This document shows, one piece after another, positions 1 to 13,200 of a DNA stretch of 64,000 nucleotides. The stretch spans positions 51,646,001 through 51,710,000 of the forward strand of contig OZ249436.1 in the NCBI GenBank assembly GCA_965235115.1, written 5' to 3'. A model generated the notes under the pieces. It made no database searches, had not been told where the DNA came from, and saw only the letters and a list, made by a program, of their open reading frames with translations. Position 1 is the first letter of the stretch, and every line of letters begins with the position of its first letter. Position numbers and translations under genes: made by a program. The stretch comes from Laetmonice hystrix (taxonomy: Eukaryota).

Positions 1-26
1 TGAAGCTATCAGATTACGGCTCCGTT

Positions 27-167
27 GCGCCATCTAGTGTCAACTTAGTTCGCCACCTGGTGGATGGTTTTGGAATCAACTACATGTATTTCGGCAAGCT
101 GAGCGCACTGTGAAGCCGAGGGGTGGCAGACTCGACTATATTGTCGTGTACTTTGTGACATTGAAAG
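27..167 (+). promoter_or_regulatory. Probable TTC37 promoter / non-coding first exon with CTCF-like motifs
   Basis: CpG-containing stretch; CTCF-like cores on minus strand at 27-40 (ACACTAGATGGCGC) and 51-63 (CCACCAGGTGGCG); donor-like AAG|GTACTA at 167/168; acceptor TTTTCAG at ~1238 precedes the ATG at 1265, implying a 5'-UTR intron. Inference. Confidence 0.4.
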
Positions 168-744
168 GTACTACAGACGGATTCAGAGTTGACTTAAACT
201 AACTCTACTGTAATGTTTCCATACTTTAGTTTCCTGCCAAAAACAACCAGTAAACTAGTTCAAAAGATGACAAGTACCTTGATTATCGCCCACGCCAAGT
301 TACCAGAACCAGGCAGTGGCTTAGAACTGCTTCACTGTACTACCGCTAGGGGGCTACGGTGTAACAGTGCTAGCATGGAACTAGAAACGTGTAGAACACA
401 AATGCTACCATCGTCTTTATGTATAGCCTACACAGTTAACACTGGCGGTGCAGTAAATCAAAGATGGTTGAATTACAAATGGAATTGAATGGATAAAACT
501 GATTAATTTGCAAAGTATTAAATGTAAATATTTAATTTAACTCGTTTAATATCTCAAAAAAAAACTTATTTAAGTTTTCCTGCCTTGATGAAGTATAGTT
601 CAGCCCATGATTTCCACATGCAATTATTTCGTGTAAACTCGATGTAAAGTGGCATGATTTTCCATTATTGGGTGGGTATCTTTATATGCACCTCTGTTTA
701 TTTCTGGCTCATTATGGCAATAAATGCAATGAGGGACTTGAGAC

Positions 745-1059
745 GCATGCGCAATGGCGCATTTCCACTAATATCCGCTTGGCGGCAGCACTGTCGCCCG
801 GTCCTCTTGGCTACACATTAGTATGACGTTAGATAGGACGACGAAATGCTAATCTCTGGCAGGATGTGTTTAGACTATTTGTTCTGAAAAATAATAACTT
901 GATAGGCTTCACCATGTTGAAGAACTCCTAAAGGCACCATAATCTTTCATAGCAAATAGCACTACAGCACCCAGCGATAGAATAGCATTTCGTTGACCTA
1001 TCTAACGTCATAATAATGTGGCCCAAGGGGACCGGGTTGATAGTGCTGCTGCCACGCGG
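745..1059. mobile_element. Foldback/MITE-like element, copy 1 (about 80-bp imperfect inverted arms)
   Basis: Arm 775-~850 (CCGCTTGGCGGCAGCACTG...GTTAGATAGGACGACGAAATGCTAAT) is the reverse complement of arm ~983-1059; homologous copy at 5874-6190. Confidence 0.75.
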
Positions 1060-1264
1060 AAAAGATGGTAACACAAGTCTTGCATTGCATTAAATGGTAG
1101 TGATTACTAATAGAGTAATCTGCTGTCAATGATCTGTGGTTATAGTTGGGCTCCATGCTATTCAATAAAATTGTTGGGGCCTCTTGGATTGATGATTGTT
1201 TTGATGAATTTGTTCTGGCAATAATTCTCTCATTTTCAGTTGTTACTGAGGTAATGGTAGCACC

Positions 1265-4200
1265 ATGTCCAAAGAAATAAAAGCTGCTTTGAAAGCAGCA
1301 CGTGAAGCCATACGTAATAAAGACTATAAGGAAGCATTGAAACACTGCAAGGTAAGTGTTCAACTTTTATCCATGGATGTCATTCATAACAGCATTAACC
1401 CTTTCCAGACTGAATATATTTCAAACATGCATCTTTGGCCAGCCAAATCTGGCTTGTCTGCCCTGTACAGGTCTAAAATTACTAATGAAATCTTAAATGA
1501 TATAAGAGATTGGAGAATTATACCATTTTGAAATCAGTTATTTTCATTAACTGTGCATATAAAGTTGCAATTTTTTCTTTTCAGGAGACGTTAAAAATTG
1601 ACAAGACAAACTACAATGCTCTAGTGTTTGTTGGTGTGGCTGCAGAAGGCCTTGAACAGCCGGATCAGGCTCTGGCTGCATATAGGAAGGCCATAGAGTC
1701 CAACCCCAAACAGATGTTAGCATGGCAGGTAAGGAGTGGATACCCTGATAATAACTTGTGATTCAGAACAGTCTATAAGTGAATAGGTCAAAACCCAAAG
1801 TCTGATGCCTGTACATACTGAAGACAAACAAAAGCACTGCCAAGAGAACAGTAATATAACACCAGTAGTTTCAGCTCTAGATAGTTATTTTTCTCTGTAT
1901 CCCTTTCCAGGTTTTATTTGACCCCTGCACCAGGCATGCTTTATTATCTTGTTAAGCTGAGATGATGATTTTTGATGTATCAAGTATTAGCGTATACATG
2001 TGTTGGAGTAAATTGGATAATGATAAATATGTTGCCAGATGAATATTAAATCAAAGTTCAGCCTCACTGCACTAGGAAGTTAAGTGCAATGTGTAAAGTG
2101 TTAAGTGTATGAAATGAAATTTCCTGTTATTTGTAGGGTCTCTGTGGATTCTTTGAAAAAGCTGACAAGGCTGAATTTAGAGAGGACTTGGAAGATGCCT
2201 ATGTCAAGTTAGCTGAGCTATTAGAAAGGTGGCACTTTTCTGATTTATTATTGACCTCAAAAACTATTCTATCCCTGATGCAAGTACTATGACTTAATTA
2301 AAAGAAATTATACTCTGTTGCCTACAAATTAGATGGCAGCATTCAGTTGGGGTTCATACATTAAAAGTATTTTCTGAATACTATTATGTTTGCATCTCTT
2401 AGATACCCAAAGTAATGGTGATATATGAAAATACATTTTGTAGCGATGTTCGCCGAAAGTTTGAGATTGATATGAAACTGGCTCAACTTCAGGTCAGACT
2501 TGGCAAAGTCGACAAGGTAAGTTCTTGGTTCTTGGTCAATGGGCCGAAAATTTGAACTTTTATAAATAAAACTAATATTTTTGTTGTACTTTAATTTGAA
2601 TTTTTATGAAGTAGGGGAAAAAATAAAGTCAAGCAACCTTGAGGGCAAGGCGCTTAATATGATATGTATACGTAGGTGAAAAATACAGGGCAACTTTCAT
2701 TTTCAACAGGCATTAGCTGTGTACTCAAATATGATCAATAGCACGGAAGGTGATAATGAGAAGGTTAGCCAGGTTTGGAGCCACCTTGTCCGTCTTCTTG
2801 CACAGCAGCCACAACTGACACCTGAACAGTTGTTACTTGTAAGTATAATTTAATTAAATGTAACCAGTGGAACAAGAATTCAGCTGTGATTTTGAATCTG
2901 AAAATATAAATTATGAGATAATTAATCTTAGAAAAGGAAAAAATAATGACACTGCAGCTAATGTTGATCAGGATATGTGGTCTATTATAGGTTTAACTAA
3001 ATAGTGTATAATTTGCAGCTTGAGAAGGGTTACAAGACTTTGATACACAGTCCACAATCCACTGACATAGAGGACCGCCTAGCCTTATGGATGGACTACA
3101 TCAACTTTCTCCTCAAAGTAAGCAGTACTAACGAGTTTTGGATAAGTTTCTGTACCTAAATATTAGTTGAATCTTATATCGTGTATGATAATTGTTTATG
3201 ATGCTAACTGGAGAAAAAAGGACTCAGACTTACTTGGTGTCTGTTATGTAATTTGGTCCCCTTGGATTGGATTTTTTTTCAGAATCGAAACGACCGATCC
3301 TTAGTAATGAATGAAAGTATAAAATTGACTGAAATATTTCCAAAGTCAGCATTCCCGCTCCAAGTTCTCTGTGGGATTCACTTGGATAATTATGCAGGTA
3401 AGCTGTAGATTTAGGAGTTGATTGAAGCCTTAAGGCCTTCTGCCTTGACTAAACAGCAGTTTTCAGTAGGTAATTTGCATGATTGTTGGTGTTATGTAGA
3501 CTTTAGACCTAGTCCCAGACCTCAACAACATGGTGAAGAGGCATGAGATGGGATGCAGATGTAGAAAGATGGACATGGAAACAGTAGTAAAAATGAAATT
3601 AATGATAAGCCAATATTATAGCATAGATTAAAAATTTGGTTTCAGAGAATGAAGATCGTGAAGCTATGGAAGAACTTCAGAAACTTGGCCTCCAGCTAAG
3701 GGAAATAGATCCTGAATCAGTACATTTGAGTGTCATTGAGTCATGCAGACTTTTTTCTCAAAGAGAGTATAAAATGGCATCAGACCTGCTAGCTAAAAGT
3801 AAGGACTATCTTTATATCTGGATGGTGCATAATTGACGAAAAGTCCTTATGGAACGAATTTACAAATTACTGTGCATTGTAGCAATGGACTGAAAGAGCA
3901 ATGATAACTGAAAATTAGAAAAGACAATTTTGTAATCATTTAATGTTCTGCATTGAGAAATCTGGATTGTTTCTATGAATTGTTTCAGGTGTAAAGGTTT
4001 TACCTGAAGTAGTAAGTGTTTGGGTTCTATTGGCTCAGACCCAGTATATGATTCATGACAACCAAGGCACAAAGCGAAGCATCAGTAAAGGTAAATGCAG
4101 TCCTATATTTCTTACTGCTGTCAGCAAAGTAAAGAGTATAAAAACTAACACATGCTATATAAGTATATTTGTAATATCTTTGACTACCGAAGCCATTTCA

Positions 4201-7200
4201 AGAAAAGTACCAAAAATTGTCAGAAATTGAGTATTTTTCCAGTTATTAAAAATACAATAGGGAAACTACAAAAAATCATCATGGCAGAGAACAGATGCAT
4301 TCTTGAAAACGTCGTTCATCGATTTTGGCGATCAAAGAGTTAAAATAGTGATACTAGAAAAAGTTTGTTTCTGCGAGCATTGTTTCCACAGACTTGCTTT
4401 GCATCAACTGATTTGTTTTGATGGCCATAGCCCAAAGGCTACTCACTGGAGACGGCAAGGGGAGTGCCAGTTTCAATACCCTGGAACAAAAGTTGCAACT
4501 ACTTGGAGCCAAGGCAGATGTTCAAATCAACACCCAAACCAGTCTTAGTAGTGCCATAGATGTCTGCACCAAGGTATGAAATAATGGTTTATTAATGATA
4601 ACACCTGGTTTGAAGAGCCAACAGCTTTTTTATTGAAAGAGGGCATTTTCTTCATTTGTAGTTCATAGCTGATGCTCAAATATGAGCCACAAATATGTGG
4701 TATCAATATGGTTGCTGGTTGTGTCAGTTATTGTGAGATCCCAGACCATGGTTATTATCTTACAGTTGATGAACACCGACCATCTGCAAGGGCCACTTTA
4801 CTGTCTTGGCTTTGCTTACCTCTACCAAGGAAACTTGGATTCAGCTCAGAAGGTACATCTATACACTCTCATTATTAGTCAAAACTTAATCATTTTCATT
4901 CAGGTGTAATCTAATTATATCATTGTAGACTCATCCTGCTATATCTGTATTTTATATAAAAAAAAAAAGAGAAAGAAATAGAAGTAGCTTTTTAAAATTA
5001 TATTTAATTTAGAAAACTATAAATTCTATATGGAGGTGGTCATTTCCAGGTGATTGCAGATCTGGAGGCCATGGATGTGAATGTCCACCTGTTGGAGCTG
5101 AAGGGCTGGTTCTACTTCCTCAAAGGTAACCTGCAGGCTGCTGAGGAAAGGTAAAGGTCTTTCAACAGTCCATCTGTTAGTGATGTGAAGGGCAGTTTCA
5201 AATAAATAGATTTCCTACCTGTAGGAGGAACAGAGCATAGGGTCTGCTGGGATAATATATGCCATGTAGCATGATTCTGATCGCTAAGAGTGAACTTTAC
5301 TTTAATAATATAATTTTTATCAGGGCATAATTTAACATTTTATTGGTGCCAGAGTACTACTGTTACTACTACTAGTACTACTATGATATATTCAAATTTT
5401 CAGCTTGAGTAAAAGTGAATGTGTTAGTGCCTTGTCACTGTACCAACTTAGTCGAGTTTACTGGGAGAAAGGCAAAGAGGAACCGACCCACAGGAACAAA
5501 GCCCTGAGCACATTGCTACAGGTAGGGCCGATAAACCTCTACTTTTGGATGCCTAAAGCAATGAAATTACTTAAACTTCAGGAAATCTTTCTGCCGTAGA
5601 GATGGGGTACCTAAATTTTTACTTCTGACAATCACTGAATTTTGAGATTCAGTGGTCAGGTAATTTCTGGATAAAAATTACTTGTTTTTCCTCAGGCTGC
5701 TAAGCAGGATCCGTACTATGCCCCAACTTTCATCTACCTGGGTCACTACTATAAGGAGGTCGTGAAGGATATGAGGTGAGGCTTAGTTTCATAGTAACAC
5801 GTTAACTAATTCATTCAATGTTTATGTACCACATGAAATGTCACAGTAATGGGGAACATGGTCGCCGCCTTTTCCGCATGGCGGCAGCACTGTGCAAGCG
5901 GTTCAGGGGCGACATTTTAGCATAGAATTAGATAGGCTGATATCTGCTAATCTGTGGCTGGTTGCCTTACCGACATTTGTTTTAAAAAGGTATGACAATT
6001 TTTAAACTTCTTTCATTCACTTTAGTCCAAATGAGTTAATATTATTTAGTAATGATAAGGTTAGGTCATCCTGCAGCACATTAGCATTTCGTCGTCCTAT
6101 CTAACCTTATGCTAACGTACTGCAGCAAGGACTGCTTGCACAGTGCTGCCGCCTTGCGGATTTGACTTGAAATCCCCATTGCGCATGACTACAATTATTG
6201 ATCTACAGAAAGTAATGAATGATTTTTAACCTTTTTAAAGTCGAGCAAAGAGATGTTACCAGAAAGCCTTTGACCTTGACTCGACTAATGAGGAGGCTGG
6301 ATCTGCCCTTGTTGATGCTCTTGTTGCTATGGAAGAACGGGTGAGCATGTTTTTCTACACATACAAAGTTTAAACATTCGGAGTACATTCGGACCTCACA
6401 AATGTCTTTAACAGTGCCTCCCATGACTAACCCAATCAAGGGTAATGCAGTAATCATATACCTCTGTAAATTAGACAACTGCTCAGGGTATAAACGCTTC
6501 AGTTCTCCACTAAAATGGCAGTAGCCCACAGACAACCACAGATCATAAGCATCGTTGTCCACATTATTTTTTGGTAGGCCAGGGCTCCTGGGCTACCAAT
6601 TTAGTGACCACTGAAATATTGTAGTGCCTGCATCTGCAGTGAATCATTCAGTTGGTAATACATTTTTATAAGGTATCCTTTTATAAAATACTACAAAAGC
6701 TCTGTGACCTACGAAATGACTGACATTCTGTTGTAGGACACTGTGACAGAAATTTTAACTAATGTGACACGCCGGGCAGCTGCTGGAAGGTAAAGTATTT
6801 GACAATGATACATTCTCAAACATTATCATGAATAAATGCCAGTTGATAAGGTCTTTTTATCCCCCAACCTGAAGAGGCGGGGCTTCCGACAGTATATCAA
6901 AAGTACAAAGCATACATGATAGTTCCTAAACCCACAAATTATTCATTTGTACCCAATTGAGGGCTGTGACTCCAATAGAGCCTTGTTTTTACCAAAAATG
7001 GCTGCCTTCTTATTCTTTGTCATGTCCTATTCATTGTAGATTACCCATGTCTTGTGTTTTTAGATTGCCCTTTGATTTTTGTTTTTACAGTGCGAAGTGG
7101 GCATGGCTGAGACTGGGATTGAACCAGCTAAAAACGGGTGAGCCATCGACTGCCATCCTTTCCCTGCAGGCTGCTCTCAGGGCTGATCCAAAAGATTGGT

Positions 7201-10200
7201 GAGTAAGAAATGGTTCAAGGTGAACTGGACAGAATATGAATAGAAATTTTGTGTATTTCATATTTAAAGTGACCAAGTGGCATATTTGATAACTACTACC
7301 ATCCTATGCTGCAACATGGAAACTGACTTCTATAAATAGCACATCGACCCTTAGTGCTAAAAGTGCTAAAAGTGAAATTTGGGCATAAGAACTAAAAGTC
7401 TATTAGCCCCTAACCCTATCCCTTGCGGCCTATTTTACTGGAATGTGATCATGAGGAATTACTTCTAAGGTCATCGTAATTCTCTTCTTCCATTGGTTAG
7501 CCATGTGTGGGAGTGTCTTGGAGAGGGGTACATGAGTAGAGGAAGCTATACTGCTGCCCTCAAAACCTTCACTAAAGCCACACAGGTAATCTATTAGGTG
7601 TAGAATATCCACTATTTTTCTATATTACATGTTCGGTACAGGCCTCGAATTAGAAGTTGAAAGGGGCACGGCAAAAACTGCCGTCGATACATAAGAATCA
7701 ACGTCAGATTTTTCCAGGGCACGACGGCAAATTTACAATATATGGAAAAGGGACGACGGCAATTGCCGTTGATGCCGTCGTGTAATTCGAGGCCTGTCGG
7801 TATATATAGCCATTTGTCTGCACAGACAATCTTAAGAGTGTAAAGAGTGTAAAGATGTAATGGTTAACAGGATCAATTACAGTAATATTACACCCTTAGA
7901 ACCAAGAGTAGATTTATGTTAATAGAACACAGGTCAGAGACAATGACTATATTATCTAATCTGGTTGACTTTCAGCTTGATCCTGACGCCATGTACTGCT
8001 ACTACCAGTATGTATTATACAATGTAGATCTCTATCGCAAATTCTGCCTACTAGTATTGTTTTTTCTCTTATTATTTAGTTTATTTTGCAGGTCATGGTA
8101 TGTGGCTGGAGAAGTATGTTCAGGTGTAAAAGCCCAGACCATATGACTCTAAAAATCTACCAAATTTTAATTAAATTTTATTAAATTTTAACCACCTGAT
8201 CACGCTTTTCTCACAAAATGCAGACTTAGTCATCATGCAGATTTATGTATGCACTGTGCAACGTGAGGATGTATGCTTCCATAGAAGCTAGCTCAAAGTA
8301 TAATAATGTACATCTTGACACATCCTGGGAGAAGTATGTCTGTCTTGAATGAATTCCATCTGTCTCTCTGTATTATGGCCATATACAGTCGAACCTGATT
8401 ATTCTGACACTGGACAATCCAACAAACTGGAGATCCAACTAACTGTCAATACGCTCAGACACCTTGCCTGGCAGGTCCAGCAATGGTTATCACTCAACTC
8501 ACTGTAAACATGCGAGTAACACCTCCCACCCCATGGCTAGCACAATCCTTTATCACTGACTTCATTCTGACTTATTTTCAATACCACTTTAGTCATTCTA
8601 ACCAACATCTCACCTCCCTCTGGCCACTCTACACACTTGACTGTACACACTTGACTGTACACATGTCCCAGGTGTATTTTGTACGTAGATGTATTTGATG
8701 TATTGTTGTCTCTAGGATTGCCACCATTCAGCAGAGTCTAGGGGCCTACCCTGAGGCTGTTACCCAGTATGAGACCCTACTGAAGAAGTCCCCACAGTAT
8801 GTTCCTGCACTTAAAGGTACTAAGACAATCTTACATTACGCTTACAATTATTAGAGTAAAGTAGGACAAAGACAAAAAGAATCTGAAAATTGTCCTTTAA
8901 ACAGTTCTGGCACAGTAGACTACTTTTTGTGTACACATAAATAAGGTTGGCTACATTGTACTTGATGTGAGGAATCAGTACTAATACTTTTTGTGTTTCA
9001 TTAACATAGGGCTGACTATGTTGTATTTGATCTGAGGAAACTGTACTTTGTGTACATAGGGCTGACTACATTGTATTTGATGTGAAGAATCTGTACTTTT
9101 TGTGTCTACATTAACATAGGGCTGACTATGTTGTATTTGATGTGAAGAATCTGTACTTTGTGTGTCTACATAGGGCTGACTATGTTGTATTTGATGTGAA
9201 GAATCTGTACTTTGTGTGTCTACATAGGGCTAGGTGAGACCAACCTTCTTCAGGCTCGAGCTGCTTTATCTAAGTTCTTTCATGGTTGGGCTGTCGACCA
9301 CTGTCAGGCTGCCCTCCACCACCTTACAATGTGAGTAGAGTGTACAGGTGCACTTCAAGAAATATATAAGTTGAATAATCCTCCATCTTTTTATGCAGAT
9401 CTCCTATACAAATTACAGACACTTCCACCTTTACTTTTTATCTTTAAAAAAATTGTTGCAAAAAGATCTAATTATATTCAAAAATAGGCCTACTGAACTA
9501 TTCCCTAGGTGTTTTCCCATGTTGTATGTCTTATAGGCCGACAACAAACAAATACCCCGGTACTGAAGTCAGCCTTAATGAAACTGGGTATTGTCACACT
9601 ATTCTCAGTGTTTTATGACTTGCTCATTCAGTGCTGCCTCACAGCGCTCAGACCTCTCCTGTCTCTGGAAACTGCTCGGGGATGCTTGCACCATCCTGCA
9701 CCAAGTTGATGAAAATGATATCAGGTCAGTTTGGTCTGGGTCAAGGAAGATACAGTAAAACAAGATTTCTTATGGTTATTTTCTCTGGTGACATGAATTA
9801 CATTGAGTAGGTTTGGATGTGTTTAATTGGAACAAAAAATAAGTATCTAACGATCTTTTGACAAGAAGAGAATGCAGAACTTGGAAAGACAGGTGTTATT
9901 GTAAAGTGAATGGCTCAGCTGAATGGATTGTTTCCTGACAGGATATCTGTACCAATCAAACTGTTGAGCTCCCAGGACCGGTCAGACCAACCAACTTCAG
10001 TCACTAAAACCCAGCTACTGTCACTTGGAGCCAGGTGGGGATACATATTTTCTTTCTATCCGTTCATATTAGAACTAGAATCAAGTCATTTTCTAAAAAA
10101 ATATTGTCATAAATTGTGGTGTAGTGACTTTTAATTGTAGAAAAGAACCTTTATTTATTGGGTACAGATGAGTATCCATGCCACCTTAAGTTATATTAAC

Positions 10201-13200
10201 TCTACCATAATTATATGTCTTATGTTACATCTACATCTTTTTCCTTTCTAATCCAAGCTAATTACATGTATATATGGTAACCATTGTTGAGTAGATGCTA
10301 CGGGATGGCACTAAAACAGCTGCCTGACTCTGGGGCTCTCTGGCATGACTTGGGGGTGAACTACTACCACCAGGCCCAGAATGTTGGCTTTGATGAGGGC
10401 AGCAAGCCATTGGTTGTCAAGGCCATGCAGGCCCTACAAAAGGCCGTCACCCTTGAACCCACTAACCACAACTGTTGGACTGCCTTGGGAACAGTGTCTA
10501 TGTGTAAAGGTAAAATTTGAGAATTACTCAGAATAAGACATTTTTGTTTGAAAACACTGTAACTTAATGCCCTAAAAGATTTCCCTGTCTGAATAAAATG
10601 GTATACGTTGTAATTTCAAAATTCTTAAACTTTTCCTTCAGCAATAGACCATCCTGGACTTGCCCAGCATTGCTTCATAAAATCAGTTAAGGCTGAACCT
10701 AAGGTATGTGATTCATCTTCATTGATTTTTTTTTATTTAAACTGAAATATAATTTCTTAATAGATAAAATATTTTCAACAATTCTGCAACATCTCAGTGA
10801 TTGACATTTTTTACCCATATGTTTGGCCTGAATTATACCAATGATATCACGGAGGAAATGGAACTGGTTCATTAGCTATATTTATTGTCTTGGCGAAGGT
10901 TGATTTTCATAATAAAGTTTATATTGATTTTCTTTATAGAATGTAGTGGCATGGACTAACCTTGGAGCCCTGTATCTGAAGAATAGTCAAGTGGAGGTAA
11001 AACCTTTCCATATGTTAAGCAAAAGCTTTCTTTTTGTAATGGTAACAAATCATACAATGTTTATGATAAGAATGGTATTTTCCAATACCTATTCATTTCA
11101 TAGTGGCATGGGGAGATGTAAAAAGGATTTCAACTGTATATAGCTAGTTACCGGTACTACTTGTACGTAACTTGTTGATGCAGGAAGCTCATGAAGCGTT
11201 CAAAACTGCCCAGTCCCTGCAACCTTCCTATGTGGCCTGCTGGATTGGTCAGGTTGGTGTCAATTCCTCCATTCCAGAGTTGAATATACACGATATATCC
11301 AAGAAAATGACTTTACTAGACGTGAAACATTTCTTACTTTATTTGTGCATGAACCAAAATGTGAAAATTCTGAATTTCTGCTTTTTCCCAAAGAACTCTG
11401 TGAGAAAAGGGTTGACATTGAAAATCATCTGTTTAAATGAACTAGACTGCATGGCCAGCCATTGCTTTGCCAACCTGTAATTTCTAATTGTTATTTAGCA
11501 AAACTGATGTAATTGTGTTGCAGGCATTAATAGCTGAGACTGTTGGACATGAGGATGCTATGGATCTGTTCAGACATGCTACTGAATTGGGAAATCATGT
11601 AAATGCTCTCATTTAATCCTGATTTATCATATCAATATAAGAAAAACAAGCCAGAAATCTGGTTTGCTATTTTAGATGCTTACTGGTGTCTTTGAGCTTT
11701 TTCACATTCACTTTATTGAATATAGGTATTTGAACTTCAAGCAAAATGATAATAGTGGCTAGATTTAGCAGCTAAACAGTCACCCAAATCTGTCACATGT
11801 TGAAGACAAAACGTTTTGTCTATGTGAATCAACCATTAACAAGCGGAAATATGTGAAAGAATGTAAATATATTTAGTCCCAGTTAATTCTGTTACTGCTG
11901 CTTGTTGTTTCAGACTGAATCTGCTCTGGGTTATGGAGCATGGGTGTTAAAAGTATTAGCAGACCACAGCAAGATGGACCAGGGAATGTACACGTTTATC
12001 ATTGAGCAGATGGCAGCCATTCCTGCTGCATCAGATGCTTTAGCTAAATATACTGGTGAGTGGTTACGTATAAAAGGTGATAGCTACAACATAGTGGCTT
12101 TCTGAAATCATGGAATCAAGATACTGGAAATATTTTTAGAACTTTGTACAGTGTTTCTTTTTTTTATTCCGATATGTTTGTATTATTACATTTGAAAAGA
12201 GTCATTAAAGTAATTATTTTGGTTTCATTTTGACAGACCGGGTGAAGACCAACCCACTGGCATACAACTTGTATGGCCTTTTCCTGGAGAAACAAGGGCT
12301 CTATAAACAGGCTGTTGCTGCCTTCCACAGGTGAGCAGCACTGCACTTTTATCCCTTTCGAGATGGGGCCCTTGTGGCTGAGATTTGCACTAGTGATGAC
12401 GTAACAATTGAGTGCATATGCAGTAAGTACGGGCCATTCTGGCAGGCCACATGTGATAACGGATTGCCTTCCATGCTCCCAAGCACTGTCATCCTCAGAA
12501 AAATTATCCATGGTTTAGACAAAAAGTAGGGAATTGAGTCTAGAGTTGGCCTAGGTCTAGCACAGCTAGCACTCAATTGTGACGTTACGTCACAGCACTG
12601 TGCTGTCACTCTATACATGATGGGCTTTGACGTAAGTCAAATGATGCCTCAAGGCATCATCCGGTCCCCGCCCGGGAATGCTTCAGGGCATCATCCGGCC
12701 CCCCGCCCGGGAATGCCTCAAGGCATCACCCGTCCTTAATGGGTTAACTATGTTGATTTCCACAAATTTATGTTCCATCCCATACACTCTTGATGTGGGT
12801 CCTTGAGCCTATCATTTTTAGCTGCAATCTGGATAAATTGTTGACCTTTCTTTACTCAGTGCTGTGTCTCTGCTGGAGAAAGGGTCACAGGAGAACCTGC
12901 GCAACTGTCGCTCCAACTATGCACGTGTCCTTTGGTAAGTCCCATTCTGAAATGAGTTTTATGTAAGATGTATGATAAGATGACAGCTGCAAGTGGCTAC
13001 TAAAAAGAAATAAGACATTGTTGACATGACTCAAGGGGTTAAGGATGGTGTTGGTCCTTGTTGTTCCAGTGCTGCTGGAGACTACGATGGGTCAGTCCAG
13101 CAGTATGAAGCATGCAGTGGCCCCATGAGTTTTGAGGAGACATGTGGTCTGGCTCTGGCTCTGTACAGGGCTGGCCAATACCAACTCAGCCTCAAAGGTA

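Noticed and set aside
6673-6682. GTATCCTTTT matching the U12 5' splice-site consensus in TTC37 intron 15
   Set aside because: Not at an exon boundary of the continuous reading frame, and no TCCTTAAC-type branch site before the next acceptor.
8945-9231. Regularly spaced repeats as a CRISPR-like array
   Set aside because: No unique spacers, no cas genes, eukaryotic intron; an ordinary head-to-tail minisatellite.
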